From the NCBI RefSeq assembly GCF_000485595.1, contig NW_014577077.1, positions 592,999-656,998 of the forward strand: 64,000 nucleotides of DNA, written 5' to 3'. The DNA comes from Priapulus caudatus (taxonomy: Eukaryota). Of this stretch, positions 53,543 to 64,000 are shown piece after piece (positions within the stretch are counted from its first letter, which is position 1; each line of letters opens with the position of its first letter). Both the position numbers and the translations under genes were made by a program. Below the pieces are notes generated by a model. That model ran no database searches and had not been told where the DNA came from. It worked only from the letters and a program-made list of their open reading frames with translations.

Positions 53543-54067
53543 CAGGGGCGTAGCCAGGATTTTGAAAGTTGTAGGCACGACTATCTGAGCGGAGCGCCAC
53601 CATCGGTTGGCGCGGAGCGTACAAGAAAATTTTTGGTTTTACAAACCCCCCAGATGGCCGAAAACGGCTCTTCCCGAGTGTTCATTCTGGTTCCCTGGCC
53701 TCTTGCTAACTTGAGACACCTCATTCAATATCACTTTTAAACCCAAAAAACAAACGAGTTAAAATAGTGTTACGAACGAGTTAAAATGTTAAAAAACTGA
53801 CAAGATCGGATCCTAGTCTTTTTCGGCGGGTAGAGTGTTGAATGAAACGGCACGCGATAGAAATGACAGCCTAGATGACAGAAGAATAGGTCACCTAATT
53901 TAGCCATATTCTTGCTACGTTCATTTCAATAGTTTTTCCTGTCTAGACTCTTAAACTCGTCCAGCAAGCTTATGGATTTGAATTATGGGTGTTTAAAAAA
54001 AAAAGATAACTTGGCCAAAAAAAGTGTAGGCCCGGGCCTACAGTGCTACATACTGGCTACGCCCCTG
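53543..54067. mobile_element. hAT-like MITE with 5-bp TSD
   Basis: GTAGT|CAGGGGCGTAGCCAG ... CTGGCTACGCCCCTG|GTAGT; perfect 15-bp TIR. Confidence 0.85.
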
Positions 54068-54241
54068 GTAGTAATACTAAAGGAGGGTGAGTTTATCTAT
54101 ACCAAAATGTTATATTACAATGCATTAATTACAAGCATAAAATTAGATGCAGGATTATAACCAGCATATACACCCTAGTCAATATAATATTATGTGCAAA
54201 TATAACAATACATGCAGTAGAGAGCAAGTGTGGTGACATAC

Positions 54242-54310
54242 CTGTTGAATAATTAGAATTCGTGTGGCTTTAATGCTTGCTTCTGTCTCGATGATACCAG
54301 CTGCTTTAAA
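54242..54310 (-). CDS. TRAPPC9: TRAPPC9 coding exon 5
   Basis: caacag|FKAAGIIETEASIKATRILIIQQ|gtatgt; 69 nt; resembles human [22 protein letters not shown]. Confidence 0.92.
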
Positions 54311-54459
54311 CTGTTGTAAGAAATGCAATCAGTCAATAAGAAATTGACAACCAGAAACAGTGCACATTATTTCATAAAAGATACACATACACACATAAAC
54401 AAATATTTCCAATATATAGTACAGTATATGGTAGTGCTTACCATACAGTTTATGGTTAC

Positions 54460-54581
54460 CTTGCTATAGTGCAGAACAACCTCCTTGTACTTTTCAATGA
54501 CTTCTTCTGGGGTGAGGCAGTTCTTGATTTTGTAATCATACCTGTCTATGCCATTAGGAAGGCTTGACGATGTAAAGCTAC
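54460..54581 (-). CDS. TRAPPC9: TRAPPC9 coding exon 4
   Basis: ttgtag|GT AGC..; (G)SFTSSSLPNGIDRYDYKIKNCLTPEEVIEKYKEVVLHYSK|gtaacc; 122 nt, phase 1 to 0. Confidence 0.92.
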
Positions 54582-54779
54582 CTACAAGACATAATCTGTG
54601 TTTAAGAGATGTTCGAAAATAGGTGTCAGATCTAGCAGATAATTTAAAATCAATCAAATGCTATGAATTTATGTATTTGAGTAACTAGTTATGTATCTAG
54701 AGAGTAAGCTATTAGAGATCTAACGTAACCTACATCTACCGTTACATAATTGGTTCATTCAGTGTCCTTTTCTTCCCAG

Positions 54780-57011
54780 AAATAACTATAGAAGGCGTAT
54801 CAATCAAAAGTGCTTGTAGACATGGAAGCCTAGCATGGTATATCTGTTTGGAATTAACGCACTGGGAATAAGCGATTAATTTAATGTTTGTCTGGAAATA
54901 ATCTGTTTGTTCTTGACCATGGTCTAGGGTATCTGCCACTGTTATTTGATGATGTAAAGGTCAAAGGTGCAAGTAGAACGCAAGATATTCTGAAGTTCCG
55001 AGAGTTGAAAGAAGGCGAGGATGAGAGATTTTGTGATCTCGTACAGCTAGTCAGAAGAACATTTAACATCTTGAAACAAGTTGGGAAAGAGGCAGACTTA
55101 AACAACAACCACATGTTGTCTATAATAGAGTGGAAAATGACATTGGAAGATCGAAAGATATATGCAAGGCAATTGGAACATGATAAAAGAGAGGCTTCTC
55201 TAGAAGGATTACTAGCATTTCTCTCAACAGAGAAGAGTAGGGTAAGAGCATCGGCACAGGTGAGAAACAAGTTAACATGAGTCAGCGTCAGCAACCACCA
55301 AGTAGTCTAAATCACCTCAACAGAAGTCAGAAGTGCTGGGTGTGTTTCTCCAATGAACATTGGCCCGATCAGTGTAATAAGCTAAAGGAGATGACGGTGG
55401 ACGATCGTCATAAAGTTGCAAGAGAAAATAATGCTTGTTATAGCTGTCTTAAAAGGCAGGCAAAAGTCACAGCATGAAAACCTGCAGAAGAAGAAGACAA
55501 TGCACAAGAGATAGTTGCAGGTATTATCATCATGAACTCCTTCACGGTGCAATAATAACCAATCACGCCACTATGGCTGTCGATCAAAACCCAGCCATGC
55601 TCCCTATGGTAACCGCAAGGTTAGGAGAACACGAGAGAGAAGTGAGTGGAAGTGTGTTGTTGGACTCTGGAGCTAATATCACACTTGTGAGAGGTTGCCG
55701 AAAAATTTGGATGTGAGAGCAGGCCAATAAGCATTGAAATAGGAACTCTAGGTGGAGATGTCCAAGTACACCAAACAAGAATGACTACTGGGACAAAAGC
55801 CCTGACCTACTGAATGAACTCTTTGGTGTTCTTTTGAGATTCCGACAGTGCCCAGTGGCTATTGCTGGAGACATCAGCAAAATGTACCATCAAGTGCTGA
55901 TTCCGGAGAAAGACCAACAGGTGCATAGATTTCTATGCAGAAATTGTGAAAATAGAAAACCAGATGTCTATATGATGAAAGTGGTTACATTTGGTGATAA
56001 GCCTGACCCTTCTATGGCATTGACGACACCGAGGAAAACTGCTTCTGAAGGAGCAAAGGATCATCCCAAAGCTTCTAAAACTATGGATAATGATACATAT
56101 ATGGATGATATATGTACATCGGTTGAGTCCATTGAGAAAGCTAGGCAATTGACAAACGATATTGATAAAGTTTTGAAGATCGGAGGGTTTAAAGTGAAGG
56201 AGTGGGTATATACTGAGAGTATTACAAACGAAAGTGTGATAGAGGATGAAGGCAGAAAACCTAATGAAATGGCAATCATAAAGGAAGCCGAGGAACACAA
56301 GGTTCTGGGCGTTGTGTGGGACCCGGCATCAGATAAAAAATGAAGTACAAGGTAAAGCCGGTTCACGTAAAAGATTAACAGATATTGACGAAACGAATGG
56401 TTCTAAGTGAATTAGCCAGGGTCTATGACCGGATTGGGTTCACCGCTGCATTCCTCATTCGAGGAAAGATCTTGATGCAAAAACTATGCCAGAGGGGTAT
56501 TGAATGGGATGAAGACCTACAGGCATCTGAGAAATCAGAATAGAGAAAGTTCTTCCTAGAGTTGGAGCATTTAGAGGGGGTGTCATTCCAAAGATGCCTC
56601 ATGTCAAAACCAGTGCCTGTTGAGCTTGTAATTTCCTGCGATGCCTCAGAGGATGCCTTTGGTGCTGTCGCATATGCCAGATGGGAAGAGAGTAAAGGAA
56701 TCTATGGTGTAAGGTTCCTATCTGCCAAGTCCCGTGTAGCTCCACTGTAATGTTTATCCATACCACGGTTAGAGTTGCAGGCGGCTGTCATTGCATCTCG
56801 GCTTTGTGGTACCATAAGGAAGGAGATGTCAGTATACTTTGAAAGGGTTGTATTTCTATCAGATAGTATCATTGCATTGTCTTGGATCCTGGGCCAGTTC
56901 CGACAGTATAAGACATTTGTAGCCAATAGAGTCTCAGAAATTCAGAGCAGTACAGACCCTTCAGAGTGGAGACATATACCAGGAGAATGCAACATATTGT
57001 ATATTGTATAA
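54780..57011 (+). mobile_element. Decayed BEL/Pao LTR retrotransposon (gag, protease, RT, RNase H fragments)
   Basis: Gag knuckles CWVC..HWPDQC, CYSCLK, CTRDSC..HHELLH; protease LLDSGA; RT DISKMYHQV and YMDD; RNase H CDAS, AKSRVAPL, ELQAA, SDS, FVANRVSEIQ. Stops and frameshifts, no integrase; left boundary approximate. Confidence 0.92.
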
Positions 57012-57212
57012 ATTGTACCATATGTCAAGTAAGGTATAAAGCTTGAATGAAAGACGATGGAACCAAGGCTCTAATAGGGGGATACAATGAGATTGGTAAA
57101 TCTCTCACCTTAGGAATGTATTTAGGAAAATAATTATCCTATAGCTATGTTTCATATAAAGAATAAAATTATAGTTGTAACTTGTAGCTGCCAAGGCCAT
57201 TGCTGCTATTAA

Positions 57213-57581
57213 AGTGATTACGTCACGAATTTCTAGCACCATCAAGTAGTATATTTGTGTGTTATTTGTACAAAATAAAATGTATGAAAATACAATTAGT
57301 GTTACTGTTTACTTTTCATGCTTATATACCTTCTTTATATGCTCTAATTTGCCAGTGAAAAACAGAGAGACGCCAGTATCTGAACAGTACTAGGGGAATA
57401 GTGTTCGACAACAGAAATTACCAAATCGTCTAGATTTTTGCAAATTTAACCAACGTAAAAACATTTTTATAAGGTGAGAGTTTGAGGATATATTTAGTAA
57501 CGTTAGTTCTTACTTTTAATGTAAAAAAATGGAAATTTTTTTTTACAAATTTTACCATGGAAAATTCGTGACGCAGTCAAT
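57213..57581. mobile_element. Kolobok-like MITE
   Basis: TTAA|AGTGATTACGTCACGAATTT ... AAATTCGTGACGCAGTCAAT|TTAA. Confidence 0.7.
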
Positions 57582-57851
57582 TTAAGCACAGATCGAGCTA
57601 AGTCACAGGAGCCACGACTTGCTTTAATCTAGAGGCTACATAGTTGATGCAGATGTGCTTGACTTACATATTATAAATTGACTATTGCTCAACAACTACA
57701 ACCACCAGTGACCATTCTATCTAGATTGTAGCAGAAAGAAACAACTGCTAAACCTAAATGGCAATTTACTAAATAAAGTATTAGAAAATATATCAATAAT
57801 CATAACCTTGAGCCTAAAAATCCTGAATAAAATACTTACTTCCTATGTATC

Positions 57852-58325
57852 AATAGGCTTAATACCTCGTGCAGTCTACAAAATTTGATCCTACATCAAA
57901 CTAGTCTGGGCCAGACCCAGGCCAGGCGCGCGCTAAATCGCAGCATAGACACAAAATGCTAAATCGGGTTAAGTTAGCACGAGTTGACTGCGCATGCTCA
58001 GTATAGCTTGTTACGTCACTCAGCAGACAGCTACTGTATTTTTATGTGACCGAGACAAGCCTATGTGCATGCGTATATTGAAATATAGCCCTTGCCTGGT
58101 CCCGGATTGCATACACACACAGTTTAGCGCTAACTTAGTACGGACTAACTTAGCACGCTTTGAAGCGGGCCTGGCCCACCACCATTTGCGGGGCTAACTT
58201 AGTCTGGACTAAAGGCATATTAGCCTGAGATTGCGTGTAAACACTGCAAATATTTAGTGCACGCCTGGCCCGTACTAGTTTGATGTAGGATCAAATTTGC
58301 AGTCTGTACCGGGTATAAACCTATT
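57852..58325. mobile_element. MITE with long imperfect TIRs
   Basis: AATAGGCTTAATACC...AAATTTGATCCTACATCAAACTAGT mirrored by ACTAGTTTGATGTAGGATCAAATTT...GGTATAAACCTATT. Confidence 0.75.
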
Positions 58326-59371
58326 CATAATACTAAAATTAACTGCAGTATAAAATAATTATTTAACAAGACTAGTAACCACTTAGGATCACTCAATGCA
58401 TTTAGAAAATGTTATTTACTTGTTCACAAATTATTCCTATGATATTATACGTGAGCATATATGCAGTATTGTAGCAGTGCTGAGTTAGGCATGCACTAAC
58501 TGCTATATAGCTCTAACAAATATAACTGTATAACACCGGGAATACATGATATAGAATGGAATATGACTCACTCAAAACATTCAACATCTGCATGCCTTAG
58601 TTTACCTAAGATTTATTATTATTAAGATTATATATGCGAAACGCAATAAAAATTACATCAAAAGTAGCAGGACTCGCTCTAGGTTTTTAACACGTCTGGT
58701 CCAACATGCCTTCAAAGCTGAAGCTAATTTGCAACATCCCATAACTCCTCCAACAAGCTTTAACTGCCTAATTGACATCCCTTGATTTCCAGCAGTGATC
58801 ACTTTTGACAATCTCAAGTCCCAATGAGCCAGTAGTCAGACCGCTACTAATCTGTAAATATCACTAGTTGAGGCACGAAAGAAATTATGAATCATGTCAA
58901 CGGAGTATTTAAACTCCACCTGTTTCACTTCACTGCATGTGAAAACTCACTTAAACATTGGATGAAACACTAAAACAATGTTTGGCGTTCAATGCTATAT
59001 CTTCATTACAGTTATTGATACAAAGTAAAGCAAGTTGGAAGTAGAATGCTACTTTTGTTGTAATTTTTTTTTCATGAGTTTCACGCTATAAATTATATGT
59101 AAACTAAGGCAAGCAGATGTTGAATTTTCATGTTTGAGGTGAATCATACTCCTCTCTATATATAGTACCCCGAAAAACAGATTACATCGCAGTATTCGTC
59201 GCCATAGTTAAAAGCATCTCAGTTAATCACATGTCAGGAAGCTGTTTCTGCTATCGGCTGAAGAAATCTGTTTTAGGTTAGATAGAAACATCATAATTCA
59301 TGCATTGCAACATAAAAAAGCATGCAGGACAATATTGTCATGCTAATCTCATTACATTGCATAGCACTGAC

Positions 59372-59398
59372 CTGCTTTCTTATTTGGTTTGAGAAATC
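59372..59398 (-). CDS. TRAPPC9: Candidate TRAPPC9 27-nt microexon B
   Basis: ttctttcaccttttattgacag|GATTTCTCAAACCAAATAAGAAAGCAG|gtcagt; phase 1 to 1, (G)FLKPNKKA; TGCATG motifs lie just downstream. Confidence 0.6.
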
Positions 59399-59675
59399 CT
59401 GTCAATAAAAGGTGAAAGAATTGTGACATACACAAAAGGCTCACGTAAGAAAAACACATAAAAATAAAGATTCAATGTTTCTATAGCTGCATCTATACGA
59501 GAAAATATATCCCAGGTTGGTTATCTACACGCTATGGAAACCCATGTTTTTAAATTGTGGGTTTTTAAGTCACACTTTTATTGACAATACGTTTTGGATT
59601 TGGGACAGAACAGGGATTATTTAAAGAGGACCAATACTCTCATTGTCATATGTCATAATATTGTCATATATTATT

Positions 59676-60120
59676 CAGGGTCCATACAGATAAGTCAAGA
59701 CAAAAGTCAAGGAGTTTTCCAGGACATTTCAAGAACAATTTCTATTTTTTAAGTACTAAAATTCAGTGTTTTTAGACTTAGCACAGCTTGAAAAGATACA
59801 TTACATGGAATAGAGGACATGAAAACTTCTGATTCAGAAGAAAACAGAGATTAACTCTGAAAGGTATTCGTTATGATGAGGTTAAGGAGATTAAAAACAT
59901 GCACATCTCATAAACTTATACATATTTACATTATACACAATTACATATTTATTGCTTTATATTTCTTATTTTATAAATTCCAGTAGTTTTGAGTACTTTT
60001 CCAGGGCAATAACAACTTTTCCAGGACAATTCCAGTATAAAACACAATATTTTAAAATTCAAGGAGTTTACAAGGAGTCGTATCAAATTCCAGGACATTT
60101 CCATGCCTGTGCGGACCCTG
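59676..60120. mobile_element. hAT-like MITE between the two microexon candidates
   Basis: CAGGGTCCATACAG ... CTGTGCGGACCCTG, internal TTCCAGGACA repeats; TSD not clear. Confidence 0.6.
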
Positions 60121-60209
60121 TTGTTTATTGCCTACAATAGGATATATACCTACATTTTTCTGTTATCACACATTTGCCTTCATTATTAAACAGAAATTTT
60201 GTGTCTTAC

Positions 60210-60236
60210 CACGACACCTTATGACTGCTCTGCCTC
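60210..60236 (-). CDS. TRAPPC9: Candidate TRAPPC9 27-nt microexon A
   Basis: aatgcaactttgccag|GAGGCAGAGCAGTCATAAGGTGTCGTG|gtaaga; phase 1 to 1, no stop, (G)GRAVIRCR. Supported by splice signals only. Confidence 0.5.
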
Positions 60237-61942
60237 CTGGCAAAGTTGCATTTTTAATTGGTTTGTTTCAGACCGGGTAATAATTACAAACGTACCATTT
60301 AACCTAACGACCTTTCGCTTAAAATAAATACACACATATTCTAACTGAAACTAATAGTGTGCTATGAGATATTTAATTGAGATCCTTTTCTTCATAAACT
60401 AATAAAATATAAATTCCCTTGGTCTGTAGTCTGCAGCTGAAGTTAAGTAGTGCAAAATTGTTAGTGGATTCACATGTAGTGGCACCACCAAGATTATAAG
60501 CAAATGATTATCAAGTTTTAAAATAATTAAAAAAAATATTATTAACAAATTGGTGTTTTTCAACGCAGCGTATAATCACAAACTTCGAACGACACAGGTT
60601 TTTCTAAGGTGGTTTTTTAAACCATGTTTTTCAAAGAATAATGTAAACCTGCCTTAAGCGTATTCAAATGTATTTGTATGCCTTTCTAGAATGATAATAT
60701 TATTCTGTGTATATATACATAGAATACATATAGTTCAATTATTAATGGCACTACCTGTTCTTTTTATACAAGAAATAAATAACAGCAAACACGACATCTA
60801 CCATTCAGGATTAGGATTTTTCTTTCTTGTTTCATGATTTCTTTCACTAGTCAATTAGGCTAACTAACTGATAGGACCACCAGTTGCCCTCCAGATTTAC
60901 TAGCCAAAATTGTTTTAAATAATGGGAATCTGAATATCGTAAACAATGTGCATTTGCGATGGCATTCACTGTATTATCCAGATCCAGATATAATATAGTA
61001 GTCCCTGTTGTCAGTACAGGTCAAGAACCACGAAAGTGTCCTGATTGAGTGGCAGTCCCAATTAAGCTGAGAACATTACAATGTGCATAATCGGTCGGGT
61101 GACATCTATCGTGACCCTGACATGCAATATTGCCTCAAATCGTTCAAATAAGGTCAGATTCAGGTTACTCAACCCCGGAAACCGATAAAATGAGGTGCTG
61201 TTTGTATATATTGACAAAAAAACGCTTTTTTGACCCCAAAATGACCTTTAGGGTGACCTTGAGGGGTGACCTTGACCTCAAATCACTGAACTAAGATTAG
61301 AATCAGATTCCCAGACCTTGAAAACCCCTAAAAAGTGGTATTATTTATGATTATAGCTCTTTTGGATGTTTAACTAGATTGCCCCCCAACCCGGGTGGCG
61401 ACCATATTGGAATTTGCCAATATGGCGGCCCCGGGGGGGCGCCCATTCCGGCGCCCGCCAAAAATCGAAAAAGTATGGTATGGGCAACATCTGGGCCAAA
61501 TTTGGTGCTTTTAGAAGAATGAACCAAATGGCCCCTTTTTAGCCCCAAGACCCGGACTGTTTTTCAAAGACAAATGTCATTTAAAATTTTCGATGTCGAT
61601 TTCAAGCCTTGTTATTGCTTTTTAATGCATACATAAAGTTCACCAAAAAATCAATGTTAAACATACGTAAATGAAAAAAATAAGTTACAATACGGTGCAA
61701 TAAATACTCATGAAGCACACAGAAACCCCTAACATTGTATCACGTGAAAACGTGTGTGAAACATTGTGAGTACTTTGTGAAGAAAACCACATTAAAGACG
61801 TGAAGAAATCCATGGTGTGTCTATGAAGAAACATTCACAACCTCTGGTGCATAAAGCCAGCACTAACTGCCCTAATCAGGACATTGTACACATGAATGAA
61901 TATATTATATATAATATATATATACGACTGGTAAATTAGTAC

Positions 61943-62086
61943 CTGATCTACGTCTGGTGTGCTGACTCGCTGCCATTAGCAGGTCACCACTGCCACCAAA
62001 AGAGGAGTTGCGTGTCAGCTGGCCAGCTTTTTGCGGCTCAGGATACAGGATGACAGCAGATGAAGTGCAGAGTCCTTCCAATGCAC
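61943..62086 (-). CDS. TRAPPC9: TRAPPC9 coding exon 3
   Basis: tttaag|GT GCA TTG GAA..; (G)ALEGLCTSSAVILYPEPQKAGQLTRNSSF...RRRS; donor G|GTACTA; 144 nt, phase 1 to 1. Confidence 0.92.
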
Positions 62087-62601
62087 CTTAAATCAAAAGC
62101 AAATGAATTACTTGGGATAAATATGATTACTAATTGCAGTGTACTGTGCTACCACGTTCTTAGGTCTTAAAAATACAGAGACACTGAGGCAGCCAAAACA
62201 TCTTGCAAACAGCCCCAAGGTCACTCTTAAACAGACTTAAAGATATAAAATTATATTGTCATAAAATAGCTGCTAACCTACTAACTCTACCAGTATTACA
62301 ACCACAACCTTGACAACAACTACTTAGCTGAAAATCATAGAATTTCTCAATGCATTTAAAATGCATTTTTCCTTATCACTATGTTGTTGACAATTTAAAT
62401 TATTTAATCCTCATCACGCCAGCCAACATTTGATGGTTTATGTGCACAAACTTTATCAGGTAATCTTTATATGAAATATAGCATATGTTGAAGAGAGTTG
62501 GTTACTATCAAAGTATAATGATTGTCTGCTTGCCTGCTGGATCACATCACCTCCCAGAACTTTTATGATAGCTTATTGAATGACAAACTATGGATGCCTA
62601 C

Positions 62602-62747
62602 CTCCTAGCCACAGCCAGTCATTCACAGACTTTAAATTCTCAATCGCTGCATTGTAATGAGAAATGGCTTCTCCGGGTAACCCTGCCATCAAGTTCAAGT
62701 CACCCATCTGCTTCCTTAGTCTTCCCTGGCACCGCTTCTTAAAAGCT
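62602..62747 (-). CDS. TRAPPC9: TRAPPC9 coding exon 2
   Basis: ttttcag|A-GCT..; (R)AFKKRCQGRLRKQMGDLNLMAG...SVNDWLWLG; donor G|GTAGGC; 146 nt, phase 2 to 1. Confidence 0.95.
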
Positions 62748-63093
62748 CTGAAAACCATTAGGTAAATCATTATCATGCTTAATAAAGAACATGAATTAAA
62801 TATTAACTTTATGGCATGGCTGCTCAGAAAAACAATGAGAGTTCAACACTAATACCAAATACTATCTTGAGTATAATTTCAAACACAAGAAATGTTTACA
62901 CTTGGTAAAATGATCATATATATCTACTATACTCCTACGCCAACTTTACGTCTTGAAAACGAGCTCTTATTTAACTTTGCCAAACGAATTGGCAGCTGCA
63001 CATTAAAACATGGCTTTAAGTGTATGTTCTGTGACCAAACACAATGCATGATGCATGTATACTTATTTATGTTATTAAACTGGTTATTCTTGC

Positions 63094-63839
63094 CTTCCTT
63101 CATGATCAATTGTCACTCCTTCCGATTTCTCAAATGGTGCCATCAGCAGTGGCAGTTTGTCTGACTTTTCGTAAGTCCGATCCAAGACTTTAGACTCCAA
63201 GACCCAAAAGAGTGAGCATGCAAATTCCTTCAGGTGTTCCTCCAACTGTCCACAGTGTTCAGAACTAGGGTAGACTATCACGCCACTCCAGGAATCTTGC
63301 CGAGCTTCATTAACCATGCCACGTTTCTCATCCTGTATGCTATCATTCTTGGTGTCAAGTTGATCAAGGCAGGTACCAACAACATCAGACGATGGTGATA
63401 GCAACTCCTCTACGCCATTCTTGTCAACTCCCACACCCGAATCCTTGTCGTCAACTGAGTCTGTTTCCTCAGCCGATACTCCAAACAGGAGACATCGAGA
63501 GTCAAAGAGTGTCTGTGAGTAATATCGCTTCATCTCTTTATAATCTTTGGTCAAGGCCTCCACATCAGAATTTGACGTACACTTTCCAAGGCACACAAGA
63601 CCCATAGCCTTTCGGTGTGCTTGGAAATCACCCCATTCATTGCTATCGGTAGTGTATGATTTCCTATAACGCAGCCACATACTGCGCTGTTGGCCCGGAA
63701 TACGTACATGTTGGAGTCTTGAAATGCGTTCAAAAAGTCGGTGATATGACTTCGACTTTATCTGGGTGCCAATTAGTTTTACAACCACCAGTAGACACTG
63801 GTGGTCTTCGGCACTCTGGGAATAGTCCGGGACGCTCAT
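63094..63839 (-). CDS. TRAPPC9: TRAPPC9 coding exon 1 (start codon; GC donor)
   Basis: MSVPDYSQSAEDHQCLLVVV...NEWGDFQAHRK...FWVLESK...LLMAPFEK matches the recalled TRAPPC9 N-terminus (human [20 protein letters not shown]...NEWGDFQTHRK). Ends AG|GCAAGA, phase 2; 746 nt. Confidence 0.95.
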
Positions 63840-64000
63840 ACTATAATAAATACTTTAAAACTTTCCGGTACTGGATGCTGAAATGATAAAAACTTCCCAT
63901 CAGTTATCAGTTATTTGTATGCGACTATAAACTGGTCAATGATACAATGGACGAAATCAGATCACGTCAGTCGTATTTGCAAAAATATATATAAAGAGAG

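Noticed and set aside
61000..61558. Repeat with TGACCTTGA motifs read as nuclear-receptor sites
   Set aside because: More plausibly an interspersed repeat; boundaries and class could not be fixed from sequence alone.

Overview
Animal (invertebrate bilaterian-like) genomic DNA, not prokaryotic. The minus strand carries the 5' two-thirds of TRAPPC9 (NIBP/Trs120/brunelleschi): 15 coding exons from the ATG at 63839 down to 6632 join in one frame with matching intron phases, and the gene continues beyond the left edge. Its first coding intron has a GC donor. Two candidate 27-nt frame-preserving microexons lie in the intron after coding exon 3. The ~36-kb intron 13819-49698 holds a nested antisense C2H2 zinc-finger gene resembling huckebein (hkb). 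It also holds a Harbinger-like TIR/TSD-bounded segment (14376-38301) filled with minisatellites and direct/inverted multi-kb duplications, much of which looks like noisy gap fill or haplotype mis-assembly. Other introns contain a decayed BEL/Pao retrotransposon, many MITEs (some nested), 38-50 bp TIR-only hairpins with 7-8 bp TSDs, and several mini- and microsatellites. Most ORFs in the supplied track are repeat artefacts. Homology calls rest on recalled protein sequences, not on searches.
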